DNA of 50,752 nucleotides, from NCBI GenBank assembly GCA_913044215.1, contig CAJWOT010000001.1, positions 1 to 50,752 on the forward strand, given 5' to 3'. This DNA comes from an uncultured Rhodospirillaceae bacterium. GTDB lineage: Bacteria > Pseudomonadota > Alphaproteobacteria > UBA8366 > GCA-2717185. The translations under genes and the position numbers were made by a program. The stretch's first letter is position 1, and each line of letters opens with the position of its first letter. Of the stretch, positions 9,175 through 18,110 are shown one piece after another. A model generated the notes under the pieces. That model was not told the origin of the DNA. It searched no databases and saw nothing but the letters and a program-made list of their open reading frames with translations.

Positions 9175-10164
9175 ATGAAACTGGGCGTATTCCTTCAAGC
9201 GCAGTGGGAACCTGGAACCGACATCGAGGAGGGGATCGCCGGTTTGGTGCGTCAGGCGGAATTGGCTGATGAGCTGGGGTACGCCTCGGTGTGGTTGCCG
9301 CAGCATTATGTCTCGGCGCCCTACGCGTCGATTCAACCTGGACCGCTGATGGGGTTGCTGGCGGCGCACACGCGTCGGGTTCGCCTGGGCACCGGGGTCT
9401 TTCTCTTGCCCTTCACGCGACCGGTAGTGTTGGCCGAGGAGATGGCGAGCCTCGATTGGATCACGGGAGGCCGACTTATTTTCGGCGCTGGCATGGGCTA
9501 CCGCGAAGACGAGTTTTCTGCCATCGGTGTCCCCATGAAGGAACGGCTTGGTCGGTTCACCGAAGGGCTCGAGCTGATCAAACGGCTTTGGACGGAGGAT
9601 TCCGTCACACACAAAGGCAAGTACTTCTCGACCGACAATGTCACGATCAGTCTGAAACCGAAGCAGTCCTCCGGGCCTGCGATTTGGATCGGTGGCAGCG
9701 TGCCTGCGGCAATACGACGGGCCGCGCGTATCGGCGACGTATGGGTTTCGAGCATGAATCCGAGTTTCGAAGAACTGCGCGAGCTGTTCGATGCATTCGA
9801 CGAGGCCCGGCAGGGCCAACCCGCGGCACCAGAGCGCCCAACGATGCGCGAATGTTATATCGGCGAAACGGCTGAGCGTGCCGTATCGGAGTCGATAGAC
9901 GCCTTGTACGGCAAGTACAGCGCCTATCAAGCCTGGGGTACCGCATCGAGCCGCACGACATTCAGCAACCGCTCGGAATTTGAAGCGTTGATGGCGTCAA
10001 AATTTCTTGTCGGCGATGCTGCCGGGATTGGCGAACAGCTACGGTGGCTGCGCGACGAAATTGGGATCGACCATTTGATCGTTCGGGTGCGTTGGCCTGG
10101 TGTTTCAGAAAGCCAGGCGCTGGATACGATGCGCCATTTGGCTGAGGTGGCGGCTTCGGTATAA
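9175..10164 (+). CDS. LLM-class flavin-dependent oxidoreductase
   Basis: 329 aa with the luciferase-like pattern ('GYASVWLPQHY...GRLIFGAGMGYREDEF'). Confidence 0.85.
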   Translation: MKLGVFLQAQWEPGTDIEEGIAGLVRQAELADELGYASVWLPQHYVSAPYASIQPGPLMGLLAAHTRRVRLGTGVFLLPFTRPVVLAEEMASLDWITGGRLIFGAGMGYREDEFSAIGVPMKERLGRFTEGLELIKRLWTEDSVTHKGKYFSTDNVTISLKPKQSSGPAIWIGGSVPAAIRRAARIGDVWVSSMNPSFEELRELFDAFDEARQGQPAAPERPTMRECYIGETAERAVSESIDALYGKYSAYQAWGTASSRTTFSNRSEFEALMASKFLVGDAAGIGEQLRWLRDEIGIDHLIVRVRWPGVSESQALDTMRHLAEVAASV

Positions 10165-10233
10165 GAGTCGCTGGCCGCGGCAACGATGCCGCGCCCAATA
10201 CTCGTTTTTCCTTTGCCAAATTTTCTTGCTTGT

Positions 10234-11079
10234 TCAACTGGGATGAATCGCCGTCTGGGAGAACTGCGGTAGATTGCGCATCGCGAGTTTGACGACTTTG
10301 GACCAGGTTTCCGAGTAGACAAATTGTCGGCGGTCGGATTCGCCGGCATTGACAAAGGGCATCATGGCCGGCTGTTGGTCTCGCGCTGCAAAAGCGGGCT
10401 GTCCCTGTGTCGCCGGTGTACTTGGGCCCATCCGGTCGATCCGGGTGTCTTCATCATCTTGCTGTTCCGGGAAGATCAGCTTTCGTGCCGCGCGATGCTC
10501 TGCCCGTGACCAACCGATGGAGTCGGGCGCGATGGGCCGTCCGCTGGCGATGGCACAATAGGTTTTGTAAGGCCCGCCTGGCGAGTAGTGGGTAGCTCGG
10601 TTCCGGCACAGCATGCTTTTTGGTATCGGGATGCCGGACAATAGGCTGTCCACCAGATGGAAGGCATTCCGGGCTGACGTAGTTTCCGGATAGGACAGTT
10701 GCCGCCTCAAGTTTCGAACATGAGGTCTGCTTTCCCGAAGAACGAACTGCCAGGCCAACGCATCCACTTCCCGGGGTGTCGTTCCGGCTTCGTCATGAGT
10801 GACGCCAAGGGCGTTCATGGACACTTCCTGCAATGTCCAAAGGATGTCCCAAAAACTGACCGAAAAATATCGTTGTTCATGGACGTAGGCCCGTAACTTG
10901 GCAACTGACCGGCGCGCGCCGCGGACATTGTTTAGCGCATCGCATTGCCTGACCCATGCCATGTTGAAATTCAATCCCGGGCAGGATCGCGATAGGTCCA
11001 ACGCAAGCGTCTCCATGAAAGGATCGAATCCTATTTCCTCATGGCTCAAGAAGTAATTATTGTAATGTTTTACTTCCAC
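10234..11079 (-). CDS. Orphan hypothetical protein in the lower-GC islet
   Basis: 281-aa ORF with a GTG start and no clear RBS. I recognise no family. Coding is inferred from ORF length in a region where GC drops. It contains one R-N-x-x-x-H string (CRNRATH). Confidence 0.45.
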   Translation of the reverse strand: MEVKHYNNYFLSHEEIGFDPFMETLALDLSRSCPGLNFNMAWVRQCDALNNVRGARRSVAKLRAYVHEQRYFSVSFWDILWTLQEVSMNALGVTHDEAGTTPREVDALAWQFVLRESRPHVRNLRRQLSYPETTSARNAFHLVDSLLSGIPIPKSMLCRNRATHYSPGGPYKTYCAIASGRPIAPDSIGWSRAEHRAARKLIFPEQQDDEDTRIDRMGPSTPATQGQPAFAARDQQPAMMPFVNAGESDRRQFVYSETWSKVVKLAMRNLPQFSQTAIHPS

Positions 11080-11332
11080 TCCATTGGCATCCCTTGAGAT
11101 GCCGGGTGTCCATCGACAGTTTGGGAAAAGGCGTTTCTCACCTTTTGCGCCATCCCTGCGCTGGTCGTGGCTGGTAATCGTTGGTCTGTTTCAACCATTT
11201 TTCTATCTGCCCCTGATTGGTAGAATGTTCGAAGATTTTGATTTGTCTTTTTCCGTTTTATTTCGACGTAGGTGATACTGCTTCATATGCTATTGTTTTA
11301 AATATTTATTTCTTCGTCAGGCTGCACGTTGA

Positions 11333-11350
11333 CGCATGTGCGCACATGCG
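11333..11350. promoter_or_regulatory. Perfect 18-bp palindrome CGCATGTGCGCACATGCG (candidate operator)
   Basis: Read directly from the sequence. It lies in the ~620-bp AT-rich spacer between divergent genes 10234..11079 (-) and 11776..12429 (+). Confidence 0.3.
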
Positions 11351-11775
11351 CGGATTGCGCCGACTTGCGGTTGAAAGTGAAATGATGCGCGTACCGCGGA
11401 ATAGGCTTTTTGCACGGTACGCGACGGATAGTGTTCTTGCAGCCCTGCTTATTGGCCGGTTTTCTCTGCCCGGCTCAGCTCACATTCTTGTGATGTGACG
11501 CACCTTAAAAATAAAAATGGGCAAGAGTGTGGCGAAAATACAAAATGTGAAACAAAGGGATAAGAATATGTATTGATATAATTTCTATTTTTATACTTTG
11601 GTTTTGTGCGGGTATGTTGAATAGGGAAGTAAATTTGGAGCGTTAGACTCTATAAGCTCTGCCTCTTGTCGCTATGCTATCCTCGGTGAGGCGCGCCTAG
11701 AGAATGGTGGAATTCCTAGCTTCGTGCGGTTTGCCGATGTTGGAAGAACGGTCGCTAAACGGAGAAGATGAGACG

Positions 11776-12429
11776 ATGACCGAACAACGTGATGCTGTTC
11801 CTTTCGAGACGGTGACGTGGGACCTGGTGCCCGGACGCACCGTTGTTGTCGTGATCGATCCTCAGAATGATTTTCTGCATGCCGACGGATGGTACGCCCA
11901 GAAAGGTATAGACATCACACATATGCGCCGCACGATTGAGCCGACCAAACAGCTGTTGGCGGATGCGCGGGCAAAGAACATTCCGGTGGTATGGACGCGG
12001 CACGGCAGCCGCGGTGTCGAGGATGGCGGCCCCTTCATGCGTCTACGCCCTTTTCTGAAAGAAGGCGGCTTGCGGCAGGGTACGTGGGGTTATCAGATTC
12101 TAGAGGACTTGGCGCCGCAGGAGGATGATTGGTTTGTCGACAAAAGCCGGCTCAGCGCGTTCTTCAACAGCAACCTCGAAGGCATTTTGCGGGCGCTAAA
12201 CGCCGACACAGTTTTGTTTGCCGGTGTTCTAACGAACCAATGCGTCGCGGCGACCTCGAAAGATGCGATGTTTCGGGATTTTAAACCTATCGTCGTTGAA
12301 GACTGCACCGGCACGACCTTGCCACACCTCCACGATCCAGCGATCGAAATGATGCAAGTTGGGTGGTGCGAAGTTCGGGACCTGGAATCGACGTTGAGCG
12401 AAATCAGGCAACTCGCCGCATCCTGTTGA
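11776..12429 (+). CDS. Isochorismatase-family cysteine hydrolase
   Basis: Has 'VVVIDPQNDF...', 'VDKSRLSAFFNSNLEGILRALNADTVLFAGVLTNQCVAATSKDA' (catalytic Cys context). The ATG at 11776 follows GGAGAAG. Confidence 0.85.
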   Translation: MTEQRDAVPFETVTWDLVPGRTVVVVIDPQNDFLHADGWYAQKGIDITHMRRTIEPTKQLLADARAKNIPVVWTRHGSRGVEDGGPFMRLRPFLKEGGLRQGTWGYQILEDLAPQEDDWFVDKSRLSAFFNSNLEGILRALNADTVLFAGVLTNQCVAATSKDAMFRDFKPIVVEDCTGTTLPHLHDPAIEMMQVGWCEVRDLESTLSEIRQLAASC

Positions 12430-12458
12430 TCTCTATGTTCGTTTAATCGCCCGCTTCC

Positions 12459-13325
12459 ATGAAACCGCTGCATCTCTGCCTCGCCGTTGCCGTGATGCTG
12501 GTTTGGGGCTGCAGTTTTGTTGTCGCCAAGCTAGCTATCACCGAGATGCCGCCAATGCTGTTCATGGGCATCCGGTATGTCATGACCGGCGTGTTGCTGT
12601 TGCCGTTTATGCTGCGCGAGCGTTCACGGTTGTGGCAGGTTTTCGGGATTTCCGTGACGCTTGGGTTCCTGCATTTTGCTTGTGGCTTTACCGGGCTGCT
12701 GGGCGTGGATGCTGCGATATCTGTCATGCTAATGCAGGCGCAAGTGCCGTTCGCGGCGTTGTTGGCGGTGCTTTTCTTTGGTGAGAAGATCGGCTGGCAG
12801 GGCGGATTCGGCATGCTGGTCGCCTTCGTTGGCGTCTTTCTTCTCGCCGGGGAACCACAAACGGCCAGCGCTCCAATTTCGGCTGGGTTGATTGTCGTCG
12901 CGGCGTTCCTGTGGGCGTTCAGCGCGATTCAGGTCAAGCGCCTCGGTGTGATGGATCCGTTGGCCTTGAATGGCTGGGTCGCTGTATTCGCGGCACCGCA
13001 GATGCTCATCGCATCGTTCCTGCTTGAAAGCGGCCATGGTGCGGCGTTGGAGCGGATAGGACCGGCCATCTGGTTCGGCTTCGCTTATTTGATTCTCGCC
13101 GTGACGGTTTTCGGCTATGGGGTATGGTACTGGCTTTTACAGCGATACGAAGTCAATCGAGCGCTGCCGTTGACCCTGCTGACTCCGGTCTTCGGGTTTC
13201 TTGCCGGCGTCTGGTTCTTGAATGAAAGCGCAGAATTCACGCGCTTGTTCGGTGCGATTATCGTGCTGTTGGGCGTCAGCGCGATTGTTTTGCAGCCCGG
13301 CAGGCGGGCCGCAGCGAAGTCTTAA
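12459..13325 (+). CDS. EamA/DMT-family transporter
   Basis: 288 aa with about 10 hydrophobic helices and two EamA-like halves. Confidence 0.85.
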   Translation: MKPLHLCLAVAVMLVWGCSFVVAKLAITEMPPMLFMGIRYVMTGVLLLPFMLRERSRLWQVFGISVTLGFLHFACGFTGLLGVDAAISVMLMQAQVPFAALLAVLFFGEKIGWQGGFGMLVAFVGVFLLAGEPQTASAPISAGLIVVAAFLWAFSAIQVKRLGVMDPLALNGWVAVFAAPQMLIASFLLESGHGAALERIGPAIWFGFAYLILAVTVFGYGVWYWLLQRYEVNRALPLTLLTPVFGFLAGVWFLNESAEFTRLFGAIIVLLGVSAIVLQPGRRAAAKS

Positions 13326-13509
13326 GCGAACGTTAAGAAAACTCTGATTTACTGCAGCAATGCCGCCGCCACCGGATTTTTCGCTGTCTTTTCAATGAGA
13401 TTACAGTCGCGCATAGCCGGTTTGCTTGAAACGCACGGGTAATTCCCTGTCGTGTGGCCTACGATGAATGCCGTTTAGAGCTATTCAAGAACAACAACAA
13501 TGAGACCCA

Positions 13510-13908
13510 ATGACCCTGTTTTTCAAGAGCAAGACCACAGCCATTAAGCAGATTATTTCAGATTTTTTTGAACGTTTTGGCGTCAGTGGCGCTGCATTGA
13601 TCCTCACCGTCGAATTCATTTGGATTGCATCGGTCGTCGTGCCGGTACTGGTTGTTATCAGTTTCCTGTTTAACGCGACAAATGCCTGGATGGCGGTACT
13701 ACCGGGCTTTCTCGGTGCCTTCACATTCCTGATCGTGCTGACCATCGGCGGGCTCGCCGCGACACTGCCCTCCGTCTATCTGGGGAAATGGCGCGAAAGC
13801 ATTTGGCAATGGATGGAACGGCGGCATCCCGTGCTTGAAAGCCGCCAGCCCGCACAGAGGCCGGCACCGCTGTTCCCGCATGGCCTCGATATTCAAGACG
13901 CGGACTGA
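13510..13908 (+). CDS. Small membrane protein of unknown function
   Basis: 132 aa with about three hydrophobic helices followed by a charged tail. No family recognised. Confidence 0.45.
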   Translation: MTLFFKSKTTAIKQIISDFFERFGVSGAALILTVEFIWIASVVVPVLVVISFLFNATNAWMAVLPGFLGAFTFLIVLTIGGLAATLPSVYLGKWRESIWQWMERRHPVLESRQPAQRPAPLFPHGLDIQDAD

Positions 13909-14021
13909 CGGTCCATACGGGTTACTTGCCCTAAAGGGCATTGGGCAAAGCCGGAACCGCGCGCGCCGTGTGGCCCGGGGTGTCACGTAGGAACCCGTTT
14001 GTATCGACGCAACCACCGGCA

Positions 14022-14417
14022 TTACCCGGCGTAATCGTTGCTCCATTCTAGGATGACGTTGAAGCTGATCGATATCCGGATGTCGTCCGTATGGTTCGGA
14101 TGGACATAGTGGATCAGCGGCGAGGGCCACATCAAAAGCGTTCCCGGCGAGGGGTAAATGGTCTGGCGTGCCGAAGCGCTGGCATCCGGTGCGATTGAAT
14201 GCTGGTAGGCGCCATAGCGGGGATCGGAAAAAGTAATTGCCGCGGGATGCATCTCGCCAGGGCGTGTCGCAGCTTTCTCCTCAGGTAGCTGGACATAATA
14301 AGTCCCCGAAAGATAGCTCCAGCCGTGATTGTGCGGTCCGTGATAGTCCCCCAACCGGTTCACATTGGGCCAGGCCTGGATGTCGCGGCGGATAGGATAG
14401 TGGCTGAAACCTAGCAT
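14022..14417 (-). CDS. Short 2OG-Fe(II) oxygenase, PF13759/TIGR02466-like; possibly N-terminally truncated
   Basis: Has 'HGPHNHGWSYLSGTYYV' and 'LMWPSPLIHYVHPNHTDDIRISISFN' motifs. Only ~24 aa precede the first conserved block if the ATG at 14417 is used (GAGG RBS upstream). Confidence 0.6.
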   Translation of the reverse strand: MLGFSHYPIRRDIQAWPNVNRLGDYHGPHNHGWSYLSGTYYVQLPEEKAATRPGEMHPAAITFSDPRYGAYQHSIAPDASASARQTIYPSPGTLLMWPSPLIHYVHPNHTDDIRISISFNVILEWSNDYAG

Positions 14418-14488
14418 GAGTGCCTCGATTTGTGCGGATTCCCGGGGGTGGTTATGATTCCGCCGATCAAGGAGAAGGAGTTGGACGC

Positions 14489-15598
14489 ATGAGTGCGGCG
14501 GCAGAATTCGAAGAAGGATATGTGTCGACGGGGGCGACGGCGGAACGCGCACCGGGGCCGATCGGTGGGCCGGCAGCCTGGCGCGGCGCCGATATGGCGG
14601 GCCGCAAAGGTGAATGGCTCTATACGTTGTCGGATGCGGAAGTCACGGAACTTGATGACGCGATGCGCCGCACGCGTGACCGGGAGATCATCGATGTTGG
14701 CCGGGACGATTACGCGTTGCCGACGCTGGGCGCCATCTTCGACGATATGCGTCGCGAGTTGCTGCACGGGCGCGGCTTCGTGGTGCTGCGCGGCATTCCC
14801 GTGGGCAGTTACGACATCGAAGAGTCGATACTAACCTACTGGGGGATCGGTAAGTATTTCGGCAATGCACGCTCGCAGAATGGTAAGGGCCATGTGCTGG
14901 GCCATGTCTGCGATCTTGGCGCGCGCTACGACGCCTTCAAGAACCCCGGCAAAGCGCGCATATACCAGACCAAGGTGCGGCAACTGTTCCACACCGACGG
15001 TGTCGATATCGTCTCGTTGATGTGCCTGCAAAAGGCCAAGGCGGGTGGCGAAAGCAGCATCAGCAGCTCCGTCTATGTCCATGACGAGATGTACCGGCGC
15101 GACCAGGATCTTTGGGCGGCGATGTATGAACCGTTCTGGCGTGACCGTCGCGGTGAGGTGCCGGCGGGCAAGAAACCCTACTATCCCTCCGCCATGTTCC
15201 ACTATTACGAGGGACGGCTGTCGACGACCTATTCGCGTGACTACGCGGAATCCTGTGACCGTTTCCCGGAACTGCCGCCGATGACCGAGCGGCAGGTCGC
15301 AGCGCTGGATCTGTTTGACGACATCACCGAGCACGCAGACACGCGGCTCGACATGGAGTTCGAGCCCGGTGACGTGCAGATCCTGCACAATCACCAGATT
15401 CTGCACGCCCGCAGCGATTTCGAGGATTGGCCGGAGATCGAACGCAAGCGCCACCTGCTGCGCCTCTGGCTCAGCCCGAACGATGGCCGCCCGCTCCCGG
15501 ACAGTTTTCTGGAACGCTATCTCAGCATCGAGATCGGCCAGCGCGGCGGCATCAGTGTGCCGGGCATGGAACTGAACGTGCCGCTGGAGCCGGTATGA
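14489..15598 (+). CDS. TauD/TfdA-family (clavaminate synthase-like) Fe(II)/2OG dioxygenase
   Basis: HxD in 'LFHTDGVDIV' and a distal His in 'ILHNHQILHARSDF'. The ATG at 14489 follows AAGGAGAAGGAG. Confidence 0.8.
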   Translation: MSAAAEFEEGYVSTGATAERAPGPIGGPAAWRGADMAGRKGEWLYTLSDAEVTELDDAMRRTRDREIIDVGRDDYALPTLGAIFDDMRRELLHGRGFVVLRGIPVGSYDIEESILTYWGIGKYFGNARSQNGKGHVLGHVCDLGARYDAFKNPGKARIYQTKVRQLFHTDGVDIVSLMCLQKAKAGGESSISSSVYVHDEMYRRDQDLWAAMYEPFWRDRRGEVPAGKKPYYPSAMFHYYEGRLSTTYSRDYAESCDRFPELPPMTERQVAALDLFDDITEHADTRLDMEFEPGDVQILHNHQILHARSDFEDWPEIERKRHLLRLWLSPNDGRPLPDSFLERYLSIEIGQRGGISVPGMELNVPLEPV

Positions 15599-15649
15599 CA
15601 GAGCGCCTACTGATTTGCTGATGAACCTCGGACCGCAATCTAACGCAGG

Positions 15650-16318
15650 CTAGGCCGCAATCGTCCCGACATCGTCCGGTACGATCAGGGATGCTGCGGT
15701 CCGCGCGACAATGTCGTCAGGCGTGAAGCCGGGTGCGACTTCTTCCAGAACGAAGCCCTGATCTGTCACCGCAATCACCGCCATCTCGGTGAACACCTTG
15801 GTGACGCAGGCCTTCGTCGTCAGCGGATAGGTCAGGTCTTCGACCAGCTTTGGTGTGCCGTCCTTGTCGGTCTGGCTCATGGTGATGAAGACGCGCTGCG
15901 CGCCGACCGCGATGTCCATCGCGCCGCCGATGCCGCCGACATGGCGGTCGGGCAGGCGCCAGTTGGCAAAATCGCCACTATCCGCAACCTGATAGGCACC
16001 GAGGATCGCCGCATCGAGCCGGCCGCCGCGGGCCACGACGAAGGAGTCCGCGTGGTGCACCAATGCCGCGCCTTCGATAAGGGTGATCGGGCCCTTACCG
16101 GCGCTCATCAGGTCGGTGTCGACATCTTCGTCCGCCGGGCGAGGCCCCATGCCGATGATGCCGTTCTCGCTATGAAACAGGATATCGCGCCCCTCGGGGA
16201 TGTAGTTGACGGCCAGGGTTGGGATGCCGAGGCCGAGATTGACGAGCCAGCCATCCTCCAATTCGGCGGCGACCCGTTTGGCGATCTGCTCGCGGCTCAA
16301 TCCTCTGCGCTCACTCAT
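15650..16318 (-). CDS. 3-oxoacid CoA-transferase, subunit B
   Basis: 'NLGLGIPTL...FHSENGIIGMGP' (catalytic Glu motif). The start at 16318 overlaps the subunit A stop by 8 nt. Confidence 0.9.
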   Translation of the reverse strand: MSERRGLSREQIAKRVAAELEDGWLVNLGLGIPTLAVNYIPEGRDILFHSENGIIGMGPRPADEDVDTDLMSAGKGPITLIEGAALVHHADSFVVARGGRLDAAILGAYQVADSGDFANWRLPDRHVGGIGGAMDIAVGAQRVFITMSQTDKDGTPKLVEDLTYPLTTKACVTKVFTEMAVIAVTDQGFVLEEVAPGFTPDDIVARTAASLIVPDDVGTIAA

Positions 16319-17024
16319 GCCAGGCGCCCTCCCAGGCTTCGGGTTTGTAGCGGCCGGTGACGACATAGCGGTCGACGAAGACGCCCGGCGTGATGATCTC
16401 GGCCGGTGCCAGGTCACCGAGCGCGACCTCCGCGTCGACCTCGACGATGGTGTGTTTCGCGGCCATGGCCATGACGGGGTTCATGTTCTGCGAGGCCAGG
16501 CGGTAGATCAGGTTGCCGCGCGGATCGACCTTGTGCGCCTTGATCAGCGCGACATCGCCGGGCAGGGCGGTCTCGACGATATATTCCTGGTTGCCGACCA
16601 TATGGATGGGTTTGCCTTCAGCGATCTGCGTGCCGACCCCGCTGGGGGACAGGATACCGCCCAGTCCGGCGCCCGCAGCCCGCATCCGCTCCGCTAGGAT
16701 ACCTTGGGGCACGATTTCCAGATCAACCTTGCCGGCTTTATAGAGTTCCTTGAAGACGTCCGATTCCCGGCCCCAAGGGAAGCTCACGATGACCTTGGCG
16801 ACGCAGCCTTTTTCCAGCAGGCGGGCGACCCCGAAGCGGCCTGCGCCGGAACTGTTGTTCACGACCGTTAGGTCGCGCAATCCGCGTTCGCAGACTCCAT
16901 TGATAAGTTTCTCGGGAATGCCCGAAAGGCCGAAACCGCCCACCAGCACCGTATCACCATCCTTGAGGCGGTCGAGTGCCGTGTCGATGGAGTCGAACTT
17001 CTTCTGCTTCATGTCCTGCTGCAT
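16311..17024 (-). CDS. 3-oxoacid CoA-transferase, subunit A
   Basis: 'DGDTVLVGGFGLSGIPEKLI...'. The start is either 17024 (MQQD) or 17012 (MKQKK). Confidence 0.9.
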   Translation of the reverse strand: MQQDMKQKKFDSIDTALDRLKDGDTVLVGGFGLSGIPEKLINGVCERGLRDLTVVNNSSGAGRFGVARLLEKGCVAKVIVSFPWGRESDVFKELYKAGKVDLEIVPQGILAERMRAAGAGLGGILSPSGVGTQIAEGKPIHMVGNQEYIVETALPGDVALIKAHKVDPRGNLIYRLASQNMNPVMAMAAKHTIVEVDAEVALGDLAPAEIITPGVFVDRYVVTGRYKPEAWEGAWHE

Positions 17025-17142
17025 CCCCCGGTGGCCCCCGGAACGGTAGCGCACTGCCTCTGGCGCCTCAAATCCCCACGGTGGACAAGCCGGCTGCAAT
17101 GTCAGAGTTTGTCGGCGCTCTTATCGAAAGGTAACCGATCCG

Positions 17143-17631
17143 ATGAACGCTTGTCCCTGCGGCTCCGGCAAAACGCTCGACGAATGTTGCGGCCAATATT
17201 TCGAAACTCTGGCCGCGCCGACGGCACTTGTCTTGATGCGCTCGCGGTACACGGCGCATGTGCTCGGCAAGGCGCAGTATCTGCACGACACATTGTCGAC
17301 GAAGCAGCGCGTCGGTTTCGACGTCGCGGAGTACGAAGCGCATCATGGCGAAATCACCTGGACTGGGCTGGAGATCCGCGGCACCTCCGGCGGCGGCGAA
17401 GAGGACGAGGCGGGGACGGTAGAGTTCGTCGCCCGCTGCAAGGACAAGGACGGTCCCGGCATGCAGCATGAGCTTTCTTCTTTCATCCGGGAGGAGGGCC
17501 GTTGGGTCTATGAGGACGCGGTCCCGAACCCGAAACCGGCGACCCGCACGGTGCAGAAGGTCGGCCGCAACGAACCGTGCCCCTGCGGCTCCGGAAAGAA
17601 ATACAAAAAATGCTGCGGCAGGGCGGCTTAG
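17143..17631 (+). CDS. ychJ: YchJ-family protein with SEC-C metal-binding motifs at both ends
   Basis: N-terminal '[14 protein letters not shown]' and C-terminal '[14 protein letters not shown]'. Confidence 0.85.
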   Translation: MNACPCGSGKTLDECCGQYFETLAAPTALVLMRSRYTAHVLGKAQYLHDTLSTKQRVGFDVAEYEAHHGEITWTGLEIRGTSGGGEEDEAGTVEFVARCKDKDGPGMQHELSSFIREEGRWVYEDAVPNPKPATRTVQKVGRNEPCPCGSGKKYKKCCGRAA

Positions 17632-17643
17632 GAGGGGGAAGGT

Positions 17644-18078
17644 ATGGCAACCGAAGCCTGGACAGGAACGTACGAGGAGCTGCCCCTTGGCGCGTCGGAA
17701 ACCAGTTCGCAATTGATCGACGGCGGCGCGATCGACAAATTCGCTGACGCGATTCAGAGCTTCAATCCGATCCATATGGATGGCGAATGGGCGCGCGAGA
17801 ACACGCCGTATCCTGATCGGATCGCGCATGGCGTGATGACCACGGCGCTGATGTCGAAACCGCTGGTGCAGTTCTGCGAGCGTTACAAGATCCGCACCGC
17901 GTTGTTGTCCTCGTCCTCAAAATATATTCGCGCCGTCGTCGCCGGCGACACGGTGACGACGGAAATCCGCTTGGCGGAGAAGACGGATCAGAAAAAGCGC
18001 ATCCGCTTCGAGGTCGAGTCGAAGAACCAGAAGGGCGAGGTCGTGATGGTCGGCGAATTGCTGGAGCAGTGCCTCTAA
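17644..18078 (+). CDS. MaoC-like (R)-hydratase/dehydratase, hotdog fold
   Basis: 'FADAIQSFNPIHMDGEWARENTPYPDRIAHGVMT'. Confidence 0.85.
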   Translation: MATEAWTGTYEELPLGASETSSQLIDGGAIDKFADAIQSFNPIHMDGEWARENTPYPDRIAHGVMTTALMSKPLVQFCERYKIRTALLSSSSKYIRAVVAGDTVTTEIRLAEKTDQKKRIRFEVESKNQKGEVVMVGELLEQCL

Positions 18079-18110
18079 AGCGGTGTGTCGGCTTTGGCCG
18101 AAAGCGGCCC

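Noticed and set aside
8695-9930. 411-aa minus-strand ORF
   Set aside because: It lies antisense to the well-supported VOC and LLM genes. It is Arg/His/Pro-rich with no recognisable motif, a typical shadow ORF of high-GC DNA.
11084-11498. Two small plus-strand ORFs (63 aa and 93 aa) in the AT-rich spacer
   Set aside because: They have no RBS, no recognisable similarity and odd composition. The region is better treated as non-coding regulatory or foreign DNA, although a small protein cannot be excluded.
17068-17829. 253-aa minus-strand ORF
   Set aside because: It lies antisense to the ychJ and MaoC-like genes, both with diagnostic motifs. It is a shadow ORF.
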